From positions 2,939 to 66,938 of the forward strand of contig CAYISA010000004.1 in the NCBI GenBank assembly GCA_964365955.1: DNA of 64,000 nucleotides. Reading direction: 5' to 3'. Made by a program: the position numbers and the translations under genes. Numbering within the stretch: position 1 is the stretch's first letter; each line of letters starts with the position of its first letter. This document shows, in pieces, positions 1-9,994 of this stretch. Source of the DNA: an uncultured Candidatus Saccharibacteria bacterium (GTDB taxonomy: Bacteria > Patescibacteriota > Minisyncoccia > UBA6257 > GWB1-50-10). Below the pieces are notes generated by a model. The model saw only the letters and a list, made by a program, of their open reading frames with translations, did no database searches and was not told the origin of the DNA.

Positions 1-1
1 C

Positions 2-154
2 TATGTTTTCAAACCGAGCTCGACGTCCGGTACCGGGTTTGGGCATTATAAGCTGATGGCGAATTTGGAAAGCGGAAAATATATTCCGAAAGGAGCAACA
101 GACGGAGGAGTCGTCCCCGATTGGTACGAGTTTGGGAGCGATCTATCATTTTAA
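2..154 (+). CDS. 3' end of an upstream gene, probably pilin-like (partial)
   Basis: Open frame from the window edge: YVFKPSSTSGTGFGHYKLMANLESGKYIPKGATDGGVVPDWYEFGSDLSF-stop (TAA 152-154); directly upstream of pilB. Product inferred from context. Confidence 0.4.
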   Translation, partial: YVFKPSSTSGTGFGHYKLMANLESGKYIPKGATDGGVVPDWYEFGSDLSF

Positions 155-213
155 TTGGTAAGTTTACACGAAACCCCGTCTATGAACGGAATTTTTTGTT
201 ATAATAAGAGCGT

Positions 214-1929
214 ATGATTAATCTTCCGCCGGCAAAATTGGGGGAGATCCTTGTGAATGCCGGCATTGTGACGGAGAACGTGTTCAACACGGCCGTGGAG
301 GAGTCCCAGCGCCGCAGGCAGAATATTGTGGATATTCTAATTGCGCAAAACCTTATCACGAAGGATTATTTTAACGCGCTCGTCGCGCAGACGCTCGGTG
401 TAGAGCGGATCAATTTAGGGAATGTAAAAATAAACGAGGAATTCTTGCGGCTGTTGCCGGAAGAAGTGGCAAAACGCCGCCGCGTGATTGTGTTCGGGCG
501 CGACGAGAACGGCAGTTATCAAGTGGCGATGGAAGACCCCACTGATCTTGAGGCGATTGATTTCCTTTCGCTACGCTTGAAAGGCAAGGTGCGACCGTAT
601 CTTACGAGCGATGAAGATTTAAATCGCGGGTTTTCCCTTTATGAAAAGAAACTCACCTACGATTTCAAGAAGATTATCGAAGAAAGCGTACAACAATCAT
701 TGCGCTCACGCGTGAAAGGGGATATCGAAAAAGAAGCCGCCGATATCCCGATTGTGGCGATTGTGGACAATCTTTTTGCGTACGGCTACTCTTCGCGCGC
801 GTCGGATATTCATTTCGAAGTGTTGGATGATGCCGTGTTGGTGCGGTACCGCATCGACGGCGTGCTCCATGAAATTATCCGCATGCCGAAGGAAATCCTT
901 GCCGCCATCGTTGCGCGCATTAAACTGCTTTCGAATCTCCGCGTGGATGAACACGCGAAGCCCCAAGACGGAAGGTTCCGCCATAAAATCGCGGATTCCA
1001 TCATGGACGTGCGCGTTTCCGTGATCCCCACGTTCCATGGAGAAAAAATCGCGTTGCGCTTACTTGCCGCTTCCCAAAAACCGCTTTCACTCTCCGACAT
1101 CGGTTTGATGGACGAGGATTTAAAGATTGTCGAGGACGCGACCAATAAATCGTTCGGAATGGTTATTGCAAGCGGTCCTACGGGATCGGGGAAAACCACT
1201 ACGCTTTATGCGCTCATGAACATTTTGAACCGTCCCGAAGTGAACATCGTCACAATCGAAGACCCGATTGAGTACGATCTTCGATACCTGAACCAAGTAC
1301 AGGTGAATGTGGCGGCGGGCGTCACCTTTGCAAGCGGTTTACGTTCTCTGCTGCGCCAAGATCCAAATGTGGTGATGGTCGGAGAAGTTCGCGACAATGA
1401 AACAGCGAATATTGCGGTGCAGGCCGCTCTCACGGGCCACCTGGTGCTTTCAAGTTTGCATACCAACGATGCGCCCACCGCCATTCCGCGTCTTATGGAC
1501 ATGGGCATTCCTCCGTTTTTGGTTTCCGCCGTTTTAAATACGATTGTTGCACAGCGCTTGGTGCGTAGCATCCATAAAGATTGTGTGGAATCGAGCATCC
1601 CCGATGCGGACACGGAAGAGCAAATTCGCCGCGAGATAAAAACAGCGGGATTGAATGTGGAAAAAGTCCGGATTCCAACGACCCTGTATCGCGGGCATGG
1701 ATGCGCGGCATGCAATTACACCGGATACTTCGGGCGCGTCGGAATTTTTGAGGTGTTGCGGATTACCGAAGCGGTGCGGAAGGTGATTACCAGCTCCGAT
1801 TTTAATTTAGACATACTCCGTTCTGCCGCGCGGATGGAGGGCATGACGACGATGTTTGAAGACGGACTCCATAAAGTGGAGCAGGGGATCACGACCCTCG
1901 AGGAGGTCTTTCGCGTGATTCGCGAGTAA
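214..1929 (+). CDS. pilB: Type IV pilus assembly ATPase (PilB/GspE family)
   Basis: Walker A GPTGSGKTT, TIEDPIEY, LRQDPNVVMVGEVRD, LSSLHTNDA, RASDIH, GCAAC zinc motif; N-terminal KLGEIL (MshEN-like). Confidence 0.93.
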   Translation: MINLPPAKLGEILVNAGIVTENVFNTAVEESQRRRQNIVDILIAQNLITKDYFNALVAQTLGVERINLGNVKINEEFLRLLPEEVAKRRRVIVFGRDENGSYQVAMEDPTDLEAIDFLSLRLKGKVRPYLTSDEDLNRGFSLYEKKLTYDFKKIIEESVQQSLRSRVKGDIEKEAADIPIVAIVDNLFAYGYSSRASDIHFEVLDDAVLVRYRIDGVLHEIIRMPKEILAAIVARIKLLSNLRVDEHAKPQDGRFRHKIADSIMDVRVSVIPTFHGEKIALRLLAASQKPLSLSDIGLMDEDLKIVEDATNKSFGMVIASGPTGSGKTTTLYALMNILNRPEVNIVTIEDPIEYDLRYLNQVQVNVAAGVTFASGLRSLLRQDPNVVMVGEVRDNETANIAVQAALTGHLVLSSLHTNDAPTAIPRLMDMGIPPFLVSAVLNTIVAQRLVRSIHKDCVESSIPDADTEEQIRREIKTAGLNVEKVRIPTTLYRGHGCAACNYTGYFGRVGIFEVLRITEAVRKVITSSDFNLDILRSAARMEGMTTMFEDGLHKVEQGITTLEEVFRVIRE

Positions 1930-1958
1930 CAGCGAACAGTATACAATGAACTAGAAAC

Positions 1959-3161
1959 ATGGAATTTCACTACATAGCATCACAGCCGGATGGAAAAATC
2001 GTGGAGAACGACACGGACGCCTCGAATATTGCCGAGGTGCTCACGTTTATTGCCTCAAAGAATTGGAAACCGGTAAGTGTGCGTCCCAAAGAAACGCATA
2101 AGCGGTTGCGCTTGTTTCGAGGAGCGGTGAATTTAAGCGATCAGATCTTTGTAACAAAATATCTTGCGCTGATGCTCAAGATCGGAACGGGGCTACTCGA
2201 AGCGATCAATATTCTAATCGCAGACTTCGACAAATTGGCGATTAAAGAGATTCTCATGGAGGTACGTTCTAATCTGGAGCAAGGGAAACCCTTTCATTTG
2301 ACGTTCCAAAAGTATCCGCAGATTTTCAGTGCCGTTACGGTGAATCTCATCAAAGCGGGAGAAGCGTCCGGGAATTTGGAACGTGTGTTTGAAGATGTGA
2401 CGGTTTCGCTCACGAAGCAGAAAGATTTGCACGATCAGCTTAAAAGCGCGCTCATCTATCCGATTATTTTGATTGTGGGCGCGATCGGTATTATGGCGCT
2501 TATTATCACATTCGCACTTCCGAAAGTCGCAAAAGTATTTTTGGATGGCGGATTTCAGCCGCCGCCGTTTTCGAGCGCCGTATTTTCTATTGGGTTCTTT
2601 TTCCGTGATTTCGGCCCGTATTTTTTGGGCGGATTGGTGTTCATAGCCATTGCGTCCGTGTATCTGATGCGTTCGTCGGTGATCTTCCGTAAATTCGTGA
2701 GCAATCTGTTTTCGGAAGTGCCGCTCATAAAGGATATCGTGAAAAAAATTGCGCTCCAACGGTTCGCCCGAACCCTTGCATCGTTGGTGCGCGCGGGCCT
2801 TCCGATTACCGAGGCGCTTGAAATCACCGCGGATGCGACCGGAAATCCTGCGCTCAAAGAGAGTCTGATTCGTATCGCGCGCGAAGGGTTGGCAAAGGGC
2901 CTTACGTTTGGCGATGCGTTCAAACGCGAACCGTTTTTCCCGCAAACCGTGGTGAACTTGATCAGCATCTCGGAAAAAGCGGGGCATATCGAGGAGGTGC
3001 TCGAAACGCTTAGCGATTTTTACGTGAAAGAGATCGACAGTTCCGTGAAATCGTTGGTATCATTCCTGGAACCCATTCTTCTTTTATTCATCGGCGTGGC
3101 GATTGCCGCCATTGCGCTTGCAGTCATCATCCCGATCTACCAGTTGACGACGCAGTTCTGA
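1959..3161 (+). CDS. pilC: Type IV pilus inner-membrane platform protein (PilC/GspF family)
   Basis: AGEASGNL, ALIYP, EKAGH, LEPILL motifs; three hydrophobic segments; follows pilB. Confidence 0.92.
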   Translation: MEFHYIASQPDGKIVENDTDASNIAEVLTFIASKNWKPVSVRPKETHKRLRLFRGAVNLSDQIFVTKYLALMLKIGTGLLEAINILIADFDKLAIKEILMEVRSNLEQGKPFHLTFQKYPQIFSAVTVNLIKAGEASGNLERVFEDVTVSLTKQKDLHDQLKSALIYPIILIVGAIGIMALIITFALPKVAKVFLDGGFQPPPFSSAVFSIGFFFRDFGPYFLGGLVFIAIASVYLMRSSVIFRKFVSNLFSEVPLIKDIVKKIALQRFARTLASLVRAGLPITEALEITADATGNPALKESLIRIAREGLAKGLTFGDAFKREPFFPQTVVNLISISEKAGHIEEVLETLSDFYVKEIDSSVKSLVSFLEPILLLFIGVAIAAIALAVIIPIYQLTTQF

Positions 3162-3168
3162 CGCGCTT

Positions 3169-3651
3169 ATGATCCGAATGAAACGTTTTCGCGATCGCCC
3201 GGGGTTCACATTGGTAGAACTCTTGGTGGTCGTTGCCATCATGGCGGTTATCGCAACCGTCGGCTTTTTGGGACTCGCGAATTACCGTTCAGGCAAGAAT
3301 CTGGATTTTACGATAAACGAAATCGCCGCTGCTCTACGTGCTACGCAGGAACGCGCCATCACGCAGGAAAACGGCAAAGCGTGGGGAATCCGTTTTACCA
3401 ACTCCACAAGCGGCGTCCAAAGTTATACGGTTTTTAGCGGAACGGTGTTCGCACCCTCGGGGGTAGATAAAACCTATGGGCTTCGTCGCGGAACCCGCTT
3501 CACCGATCCGGTCGCAAGCTCCACAAAAGATCTTTTTTTTCAGGCGATATCCGGCAAACCGTCCGCATATTTTTCGATAACGCTGAAAGGAGATACCACG
3601 CAGATAAAAAACATTATTGTCGCCACGTCGGGGGTGATTTCGATTCAATGA
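3169..3651 (+). CDS. Type IV pilin-like protein (FimT/GspH-like)
   Basis: Class III signal G|FTLVELLVVVAIMAVI with E at +5. Confidence 0.88.
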   Translation: MIRMKRFRDRPGFTLVELLVVVAIMAVIATVGFLGLANYRSGKNLDFTINEIAAALRATQERAITQENGKAWGIRFTNSTSGVQSYTVFSGTVFAPSGVDKTYGLRRGTRFTDPVASSTKDLFFQAISGKPSAYFSITLKGDTTQIKNIIVATSGVISIQ

Positions 3652-3655
3652 AATC

Positions 3656-4972
3656 ATGAAATCCCCACGCGCATCCGTCGCAGGCCAATCTCTTTTGGAG
3701 GTCCTTATCGGGCTTTCGATCGGAGCGATCATCATCGGAGCGGCAGTATTTACGATTGGCGGAATGTTGCGTTCAACCACCGTGACACAGCAGAACCGAT
3801 CCGCTTCACTTATCACGCAGGATCTTTTGGATCGCGCCCGCTCCTTTTTTTCGGAAAGTTGGCGGAATTTTTCCGCAGTTTCAACAAGCTCCGCAAATCA
3901 TTACTTCTTGAATGCTTCAGGGAGCACGTTTCTAGCCGTGAAGGGTGAAGAGGGCGTTTGGGATAACGACGTTTCGTCGGGGCTAGTAGGACAGTGGAAA
4001 TTGGACGAAGATGCATCCGTCGCAACGTCTACCTACGACGGATCGGGGAACGGAAATGTGGGTGCCTTGCAGTATGGCGTTGGGACAACAACACTTCCGG
4101 CGCGTCTTGGTTTGCCCGCGTGCAGAATATCGAATTGTCTACAGTTCAATGGGGCACAGCAGGTGGGTCTTAATTTGGGGAACTGGGTCCGCGTTCCATA
4201 CTCTTCAGCTTTTGATTTAACCGGATCTGCGATTACGCTTTCTGTGTGGGTGCGTCCGGTTTTGAATCCTCCGGTGGGGCAGTACGGCGGTATTCTCAGC
4301 CACAGTGGAGTCATCGCAGGGTATCGTTTACTCCATGCAACAGGCGGAGGATTATTGTTTCAGATCGGGAGTCCCACCACTTATAATCTAAATTCATTAA
4401 AAACACTTGTTCTGAATCAATGGAATTATATCGCCGCTGTTTTGGAAAACGGTGCGATGAAAATCTATTTGAACGGTGTGTTGGACGCGCAAGGCGCAGG
4501 ACCCGCCGCGCTTCTTCCGTCGGCTGAATATTTTTATATCGGAGTCACCCCCGATTATTCTTCGTTGAATGGCTTGATTGATGATGCACGTGTGTATGGC
4601 CGCGCGCTTTCGGCAGACGAGATCGTAAAACTTTCAAAAGCCAGTCCATTTCGGCGGTATTTTTATGTGGATGATGCGTGTCGTACCAGTGATGCCTCGA
4701 GTACACTTGCGGGCGTTGCCCCCTGCGGAGGGATGATCACAGACCCCGCCACGAAAGGAATCAGCGTGGTCACGGAGTGGGTGGTCGGCGGAAAAACCAG
4801 TCAATACACGTTTATGGATTATCTGACGCGCTGGCAGAACGGAACATTCTGGCAAAACGACTGGTCGGGCGGTCCGGCATCCGACACGCCGCTCCCGCAG
4901 CCCGGTAATACCTTCGCATCTTCTACCAATCTGCAGTTCGCGAGCGGGACGTTACGGCTCAAGAATCTTTAA
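3656..4972 (+). CDS. Minor pilin-like protein with LamG-like (concanavalin A) domain
   Basis: Prepilin motif G|QSLLEVLIGL; LamG hallmarks GLVGQWKLDE, TLSVWV, WNYIA, IYLNG, GLIDDARVYGRALSADEI. Confidence 0.82.
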   Translation: MKSPRASVAGQSLLEVLIGLSIGAIIIGAAVFTIGGMLRSTTVTQQNRSASLITQDLLDRARSFFSESWRNFSAVSTSSANHYFLNASGSTFLAVKGEEGVWDNDVSSGLVGQWKLDEDASVATSTYDGSGNGNVGALQYGVGTTTLPARLGLPACRISNCLQFNGAQQVGLNLGNWVRVPYSSAFDLTGSAITLSVWVRPVLNPPVGQYGGILSHSGVIAGYRLLHATGGGLLFQIGSPTTYNLNSLKTLVLNQWNYIAAVLENGAMKIYLNGVLDAQGAGPAALLPSAEYFYIGVTPDYSSLNGLIDDARVYGRALSADEIVKLSKASPFRRYFYVDDACRTSDASSTLAGVAPCGGMITDPATKGISVVTEWVVGGKTSQYTFMDYLTRWQNGTFWQNDWSGGPASDTPLPQPGNTFASSTNLQFASGTLRLKNL

Positions 4973-4975
4973 TTT

Positions 4976-6505
4976 TTATTTCAGAACTCTCACAAAACTT
5001 CCTGGTGGAACCTTGTCTTTATCTTGCGGCAACACATAATGTATGTTTTTTGTGGCCTGTTCCGATGGTAAAAACGTATCGGTTAAAAACATCACCGTTT
5101 GCGTAGGCATGGGGAGCCCGCGCACATCCGTGCCTTTTGCCTCCACAATAATATACTTTTGTGTCTCGCGCGGCAGAATATTCAGTTCGTCGGCGAGTTT
5201 AACGTCAGATTGGATAAATGCATCCGCCGTATTTGGATTTTTACCCCACGTAATAAAGTAGCTCCGGAACGGTTCCAAAATCAAAACGACAAACAACACC
5301 ATTGTCCCAACGCGAAGCAGGACGGTGCCATAGGCAAATTGCGAAAGCACTTTTTTGATATGTTCATAAAGCCAGACGCTTCCGATTGCCGCAAGGATCA
5401 TGACTGCGGGGATCATAAGGATAGAACGGAGCGCATGAGGGAGTCCTTCGTTTGAAACCACAACCGGAAGCGCCGCGACAATAAGCCACGAAACACTAAT
5501 AAAAAGAGGAAATTCAAACTCATTTCTTTCTCTCCATTTTTTAGATACGCATCGCACGGCAAGAACGATCCCTAAAAGAAAGAAAACGCCGACCGGGAAA
5601 AAGAGGAGCGGCCGACCCGCAATATTGTGCCGCCAGTTGCCGTCTCCATAAACATTGAACGAGCCGAGTGTGATTCCGATATTCTTTGCCAGGTCGATCA
5701 CGGGCGTAGGAGAGCTAAAAATGGAAATCTGGCTTGTGCGCCCCAGAAAATCCTGCGGATATTCCGCAAAAAAGATAAGGAGCGGAGTGAGCGCAAGAAC
5801 AAATCCCAAAGAAAACCAGGTCAGGAATTTCAAAAAAATCCGCCACGGATATTTTTTGAAAAGAATATAAGCGGCAACAGCGAATAAAAGGAGCGGCGTT
5901 GCGCGGTAGGCGATATAGGAATGGAACCCGAGCCCGTAAACCAGACCAGCAAAAAATGGCAGAAGTCGCACGGGTTGTTTTTTGGTTTCAGCGGACATTT
6001 TACGGAGCGCCATCAGGATAAAAAATAATCCCCATGTCAGAAAAAACGGGGCCATAATTGCGCGAAATCCGATGCGGGAAAAATTAATGTGCCAGAAGGA
6101 TGTGGCGGTAAAAAAAGCCGCAAAAAGTGGTATCCAGGGATGAGTTTGTTTTTTTGAAAATCGCAAGAGCTCTCGCGTCAAAAAATAAACGCCCAGTACT
6201 GTAAGTACTCCGAATAATGCGCTCGGAACCCGGAGCATCCAGGGTTCAATGTTCCCGGTCTCCCGCATAAAGAAGTTCAGAAAGTAGGCCTGAATGTTGA
6301 TAAACAGTCCTTCTCTGCCGTTGTTTTCGGGATAGAAAACTTTCGGTTCCGTAGCGCCGTGGAGCACCTCAAGCGCGTTATTTCCATTCATCGCCTCGTC
6401 GGGATAGAGTCCGGGCGGAAATGCGGAAAGTTGATAGAAACGAAAAAAGGCCGCAATAAGCACGATCCCTATGACGATCCATGTCGTTTTGAATGATGGC
6501 GCCAT
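4976..6505 (-). CDS. Membrane glycosyltransferase, GT-C fold (ArnT/PMT-like)
   Basis: Polytopic membrane protein with RFYQL..PPG..PDEA (DE motif after TM1), LRVPSALFG, WHINFSR. Confidence 0.82.
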   Translation of the reverse strand: MAPSFKTTWIVIGIVLIAAFFRFYQLSAFPPGLYPDEAMNGNNALEVLHGATEPKVFYPENNGREGLFINIQAYFLNFFMRETGNIEPWMLRVPSALFGVLTVLGVYFLTRELLRFSKKQTHPWIPLFAAFFTATSFWHINFSRIGFRAIMAPFFLTWGLFFILMALRKMSAETKKQPVRLLPFFAGLVYGLGFHSYIAYRATPLLLFAVAAYILFKKYPWRIFLKFLTWFSLGFVLALTPLLIFFAEYPQDFLGRTSQISIFSSPTPVIDLAKNIGITLGSFNVYGDGNWRHNIAGRPLLFFPVGVFFLLGIVLAVRCVSKKWRERNEFEFPLFISVSWLIVAALPVVVSNEGLPHALRSILMIPAVMILAAIGSVWLYEHIKKVLSQFAYGTVLLRVGTMVLFVVLILEPFRSYFITWGKNPNTADAFIQSDVKLADELNILPRETQKYIIVEAKGTDVRGLPMPTQTVMFLTDTFLPSEQATKNIHYVLPQDKDKVPPGSFVRVLK

Positions 6506-6532
6506 TCTTGTATAATTTAATTATACAAGAAT
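6504..6532. promoter_or_regulatory. Perfect 14-bp inverted repeat with TATAAT on both strands (bidirectional promoter/operator)
   Basis: ATTCTTGTATAATT-T-AATTATACAAGAAT fills the gap between divergent start codons at 6505 (-) and 6536 (+). Confidence 0.7.
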
Positions 6533-6535
6533 CCC

Positions 6536-6949
6536 ATGCCTAATGTCGTTAATTTTGGACCTGACTTTGAACGGAGTCTCACGCGCATCAAGGAAGACAT
6601 TGCGGAGCAGAAATCTATCCCCGGGAATGAGCAGATGGAAGAACGCGAGCTGATGAGACAATCGCTTGAGAAAATGGCCGCCGCGGTTGCGGTTCCCCCC
6701 GCGCAAGAACCCCCCGCTTCGTCCGCGCCACAGGCGGACGCGTCTTCGCTTCCCGCGTACCTTTCGAATGCCTCCGCCGATCCGCGTGTAAAAGAGGAAG
6801 TCCAGCGATTGGTGAATCTTGCGTTTAGCGATCACATCGAAAAGGCGATTTCTGAAGCAAAAAAACACCCCCCGTTTGTGGTGGACGCCCTGCACGACGC
6901 GCTGGTGGATAAATTAATTCCGGAAATGAAACGCCGGGGCATGCTTTAG
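6536..6949 (+). CDS. Hypothetical protein
   Basis: 137-aa ORF with ATG start, co-oriented and 15 nt from the ATPase gene. Confidence 0.7.
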   Translation: MPNVVNFGPDFERSLTRIKEDIAEQKSIPGNEQMEERELMRQSLEKMAAAVAVPPAQEPPASSAPQADASSLPAYLSNASADPRVKEEVQRLVNLAFSDHIEKAISEAKKHPPFVVDALHDALVDKLIPEMKRRGML

Positions 6950-6964
6950 CCGTTTTTTATCTTC

Positions 6965-9337
6965 ATGCTTTCCACACTTTTTTTCGGCGTGATTTTAGGA
7001 GGCATCTTTGCGGGTGCGTATGCGTGGTTTCGGCGCGCGCAATATCAAAAACTTCTGGAAGGATTGCAGGTGCGTTTGATTTTAGTGCGCCTTCCGCTCG
7101 GAGGAAAAGAAGGCCGCGATCTCATGAAAGAAATCGCATTGACCGAGCAACTGATTGCTGCGCTTGCGGCGTTTAAAAAACCGTTCGTATTCGAAGTGGC
7201 GGTACCGTATGTCGGAGAAGAGATTCATTTTTATATTTCCGTTTCGGAACAGTATGTGGACGCCGCTGTCCGCCAGGTACAGTCCATGTGGGACGATGCC
7301 GATATTCGCAAGGTGGAGGATTACAATATTTTCAATTATCAGGGTTACACGACGGGTGCCTGGCTGAAAGAAAAAGAAAAGTTCGTGTTGCCGATTCGCA
7401 CCTATCAGGAACTCATGAGTGACACTTTTTCAAGTATCTTGGGTGGTTTCGCGCAGACAAAAGAGGTGGGCGAAGGCGCGGCACTGCAGATTGTCGTCCA
7501 GTCCGCAAGCGCGAAGGCAAAAAAAGAAATTGTTGCCTCACTGGGCTTTTTGAAAAAAGGCGGGAAATTAAAAGAAGTGCTTCATGCGGAAAAAATTGGT
7601 GCCTCGGACGTAGTTTCTGCGGCTCTGGCGGGGAAAAAATCGGGGAATGTTCCGGGACCGCAAGAGTCGAAAGTGATCGACGAAATGGCCGTGAAAGCAA
7701 TCGAGACAAAACTGGCAAAACCACTTTTTGACGTTAATGTTCGCATTTTGACCTCTGCGCCGAGTCAGCTACAGGCGGAGTCCTTGCTGGATGGAATTTC
7801 CGCCGGATTTTCGCAGTTCGGCACGACAGGGAGGAACGAGTTTCAGATGACAAAACCGCGCGCGATCAAGAATCTTGTCCGTGCGTTTTCATTTCGCGCG
7901 TTCGACGAAAAACAGAAAATGACGCTTACCAGCGAAGAGCTGGCGAGTATTTTCCATTTTCCAACCGTGTTTACGTCTACTCCGAAAATCAAATATCTCA
8001 AAGCCAAGGAAGCGGCGCCGCCACGCAATCTTCCGACATTCGGGACCCTTCTCGGCGAGAGTTCTTTCCGCGGCGAGTCAAAACCGATTTTCTTGACCGA
8101 CGAAGATCGCCGCCGCCATCTTTACGTTATCGGTCAGACCGGAACCGGCAAGACGACGCTGTTGAAGGGAATGATGCTCGACGACATCCGAAAAGGAAAA
8201 GGCATCGGCGTTATCGATCCGCACGGAGAGTTTGCCGAGTTCGCGCTCGCGAACATTCCGCCCGAACGCGCCAAAGACGTTATCGTGTTCGACCCCGCGG
8301 ATTTTGAGCGGCCGGTGGGACTCAACATGCTCGAATATCATTTTGATCGTCCGGAGGAAAAAACATTTATTGTGAATGACATGCTGGGCATTTTGGACAA
8401 GCTCTATGATTTGCGGCAGACGGGGGGCCCCATGTTCGAGCAGTATATGAGGAATGCTCTCTTGCTGCTCATGGAAGACGCGCCGAATCAGCCTGCGTCG
8501 CTTGTGGAGCTGCCGCGGATTTTTACCGACAGCGCATGGCGCGCAAAAAAACTGGCACGCATCACCAACCCTATTGTGATCGATTTTTGGGAGAAAGAAG
8601 CGACCAAAGCGGGCGGAGAAGCGTCACTTGCGAATATCACGCCTTATGTCACCTCGAAATTCAGCAATTTTATTGCAAATGATTATATGCGCCCGATTAT
8701 CGGCCAGCCGAAATCTGCATTCAATTTTCGCGAAATCATGGATCAGGGGAAAATCCTGATTGTAAGTTTGTCGAAAGGAAAGATCGGCGATGTGAATATG
8801 GGATTACTTGGGATGATTGTGATCTCAAAACTCCTTTTTGCTGCTCTTTCGCGTGTGGATATTCCAAACGAATCGTCCCGAAAAGATTTTTATCTTTACA
8901 TCGACGAGTTCCAGAATTTCGCGACCGATTCCATTTCCGTGATTCTTTCAGAGGCGCGTAAATACCGATTGTCGCTTACCATTGCCCATCAATTCATCGC
9001 CCAGCTTCCCGAAAAAATTCGCGACGCGGTATTCGGGAACGTCGGCTCCGCAATCGCCTTGCGCGTGGGACCCCAGGACGCGGAATTTTTGACCAAACAA
9101 TTTACGCCGGTGTTTAACGAAAGCGATTTATTGAATATCGACAACCTGAACGCGCACGCGCGCATTTTGGTCGACGGCATGGTCGCACCGCCGTTTAATA
9201 TTCGCGTAAATACCGCTGCGTTCTCCGCAAAAGGAGACGTACAAATGGCCGAGCGGCTGCGCAATCTCTCACGCCTTACCTATGGACGTGATCGGGGCGA
9301 AGTTGAAGAAGAAATTCGTCGCAGATTAAGAGAATAA
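6965..9337 (+). CDS. TraG/TraD/VirD4-like (FtsK-HerA superfamily) membrane-anchored ATPase
   Basis: N-terminal TM; DRRRHLYVIGQTGTGKTT, IDPHGE, Walker B YLYIDEFQNF, LSEARKYRL, AHQFIAQL. Confidence 0.85.
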   Translation: MLSTLFFGVILGGIFAGAYAWFRRAQYQKLLEGLQVRLILVRLPLGGKEGRDLMKEIALTEQLIAALAAFKKPFVFEVAVPYVGEEIHFYISVSEQYVDAAVRQVQSMWDDADIRKVEDYNIFNYQGYTTGAWLKEKEKFVLPIRTYQELMSDTFSSILGGFAQTKEVGEGAALQIVVQSASAKAKKEIVASLGFLKKGGKLKEVLHAEKIGASDVVSAALAGKKSGNVPGPQESKVIDEMAVKAIETKLAKPLFDVNVRILTSAPSQLQAESLLDGISAGFSQFGTTGRNEFQMTKPRAIKNLVRAFSFRAFDEKQKMTLTSEELASIFHFPTVFTSTPKIKYLKAKEAAPPRNLPTFGTLLGESSFRGESKPIFLTDEDRRRHLYVIGQTGTGKTTLLKGMMLDDIRKGKGIGVIDPHGEFAEFALANIPPERAKDVIVFDPADFERPVGLNMLEYHFDRPEEKTFIVNDMLGILDKLYDLRQTGGPMFEQYMRNALLLLMEDAPNQPASLVELPRIFTDSAWRAKKLARITNPIVIDFWEKEATKAGGEASLANITPYVTSKFSNFIANDYMRPIIGQPKSAFNFREIMDQGKILIVSLSKGKIGDVNMGLLGMIVISKLLFAALSRVDIPNESSRKDFYLYIDEFQNFATDSISVILSEARKYRLSLTIAHQFIAQLPEKIRDAVFGNVGSAIALRVGPQDAEFLTKQFTPVFNESDLLNIDNLNAHARILVDGMVAPPFNIRVNTAAFSAKGDVQMAERLRNLSRLTYGRDRGEVEEEIRRRLRE

Positions 9338-9342
9338 AACAT

Positions 9343-9987
9343 ATGACAAAAAAAGATTATAAATTGGTCACGCTTATCGGTTTTTTGGTCGGTTGGCTGG
9401 TGCTTCCGGTTATTGCAAATATAGGGAAGCGCTATGGAGTGACGGTCAGCATCCCGCTGGGCGCCGCGTCCGTTCTTGGTTTTTCAGCTTTTGCGCCTCT
9501 CGCGCTTTGGGTGCTGCATCTGCTTTCAAAAAAAATTCCGGTGTTTCTGCAGTTCGGAAAATTCGCGGCCGTGGGGACGCTGAACACGCTTTTGAATTTT
9601 GCGGTGTTGAACACGCTGATTTTTATGACGGATATTTCGGCGGGGTGGACCTATACCGGGTTCACCGTCATCGCCTTTTTTATAGCGACCACCAATAGTT
9701 ATTTTTGGAATAAGTTTTGGACGTTTCAGAGCCGTATTCCGCTGGGGTGGGGTGAGTATGCGCGGTTCGCCCTTTTTACCGTCGGCGGAGTGATTTTGAA
9801 TTCGGGGGTTGCATCGCTCATTGTGAACGGAATAGGGGCTCCCCAGGGAGTTGCGCCGGAGTTATGGGCGAATGTGGGCGCCCTGGGCGGCGTTGCCGTG
9901 TCTTTTCTCTGGAATTTTTTGACCTATCGCCGTATCGTGTTCCGTGCCAGCGGCGGTTCCCCGGAAGCGGCAAATCCCGTACAATAA
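9343..9987 (+). CDS. GtrA-family flippase-like membrane protein
   Basis: QFGKFAAVGTLNTLLNF, NSYFWNKFWTF, WNFLTYRRIVF. Confidence 0.85.
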   Translation: MTKKDYKLVTLIGFLVGWLVLPVIANIGKRYGVTVSIPLGAASVLGFSAFAPLALWVLHLLSKKIPVFLQFGKFAAVGTLNTLLNFAVLNTLIFMTDISAGWTYTGFTVIAFFIATTNSYFWNKFWTFQSRIPLGWGEYARFALFTVGGVILNSGVASLIVNGIGAPQGVAPELWANVGALGGVAVSFLWNFLTYRRIVFRASGGSPEAANPVQ

Positions 9988-9994
9988 TAGAATA

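Noticed and set aside
6965-9337. Conjugative element suggested by the TraG/VirD4-like ATPase
   Set aside because: No relaxase, VirB genes or integrase in the window; stand-alone copies are common on CPR chromosomes.
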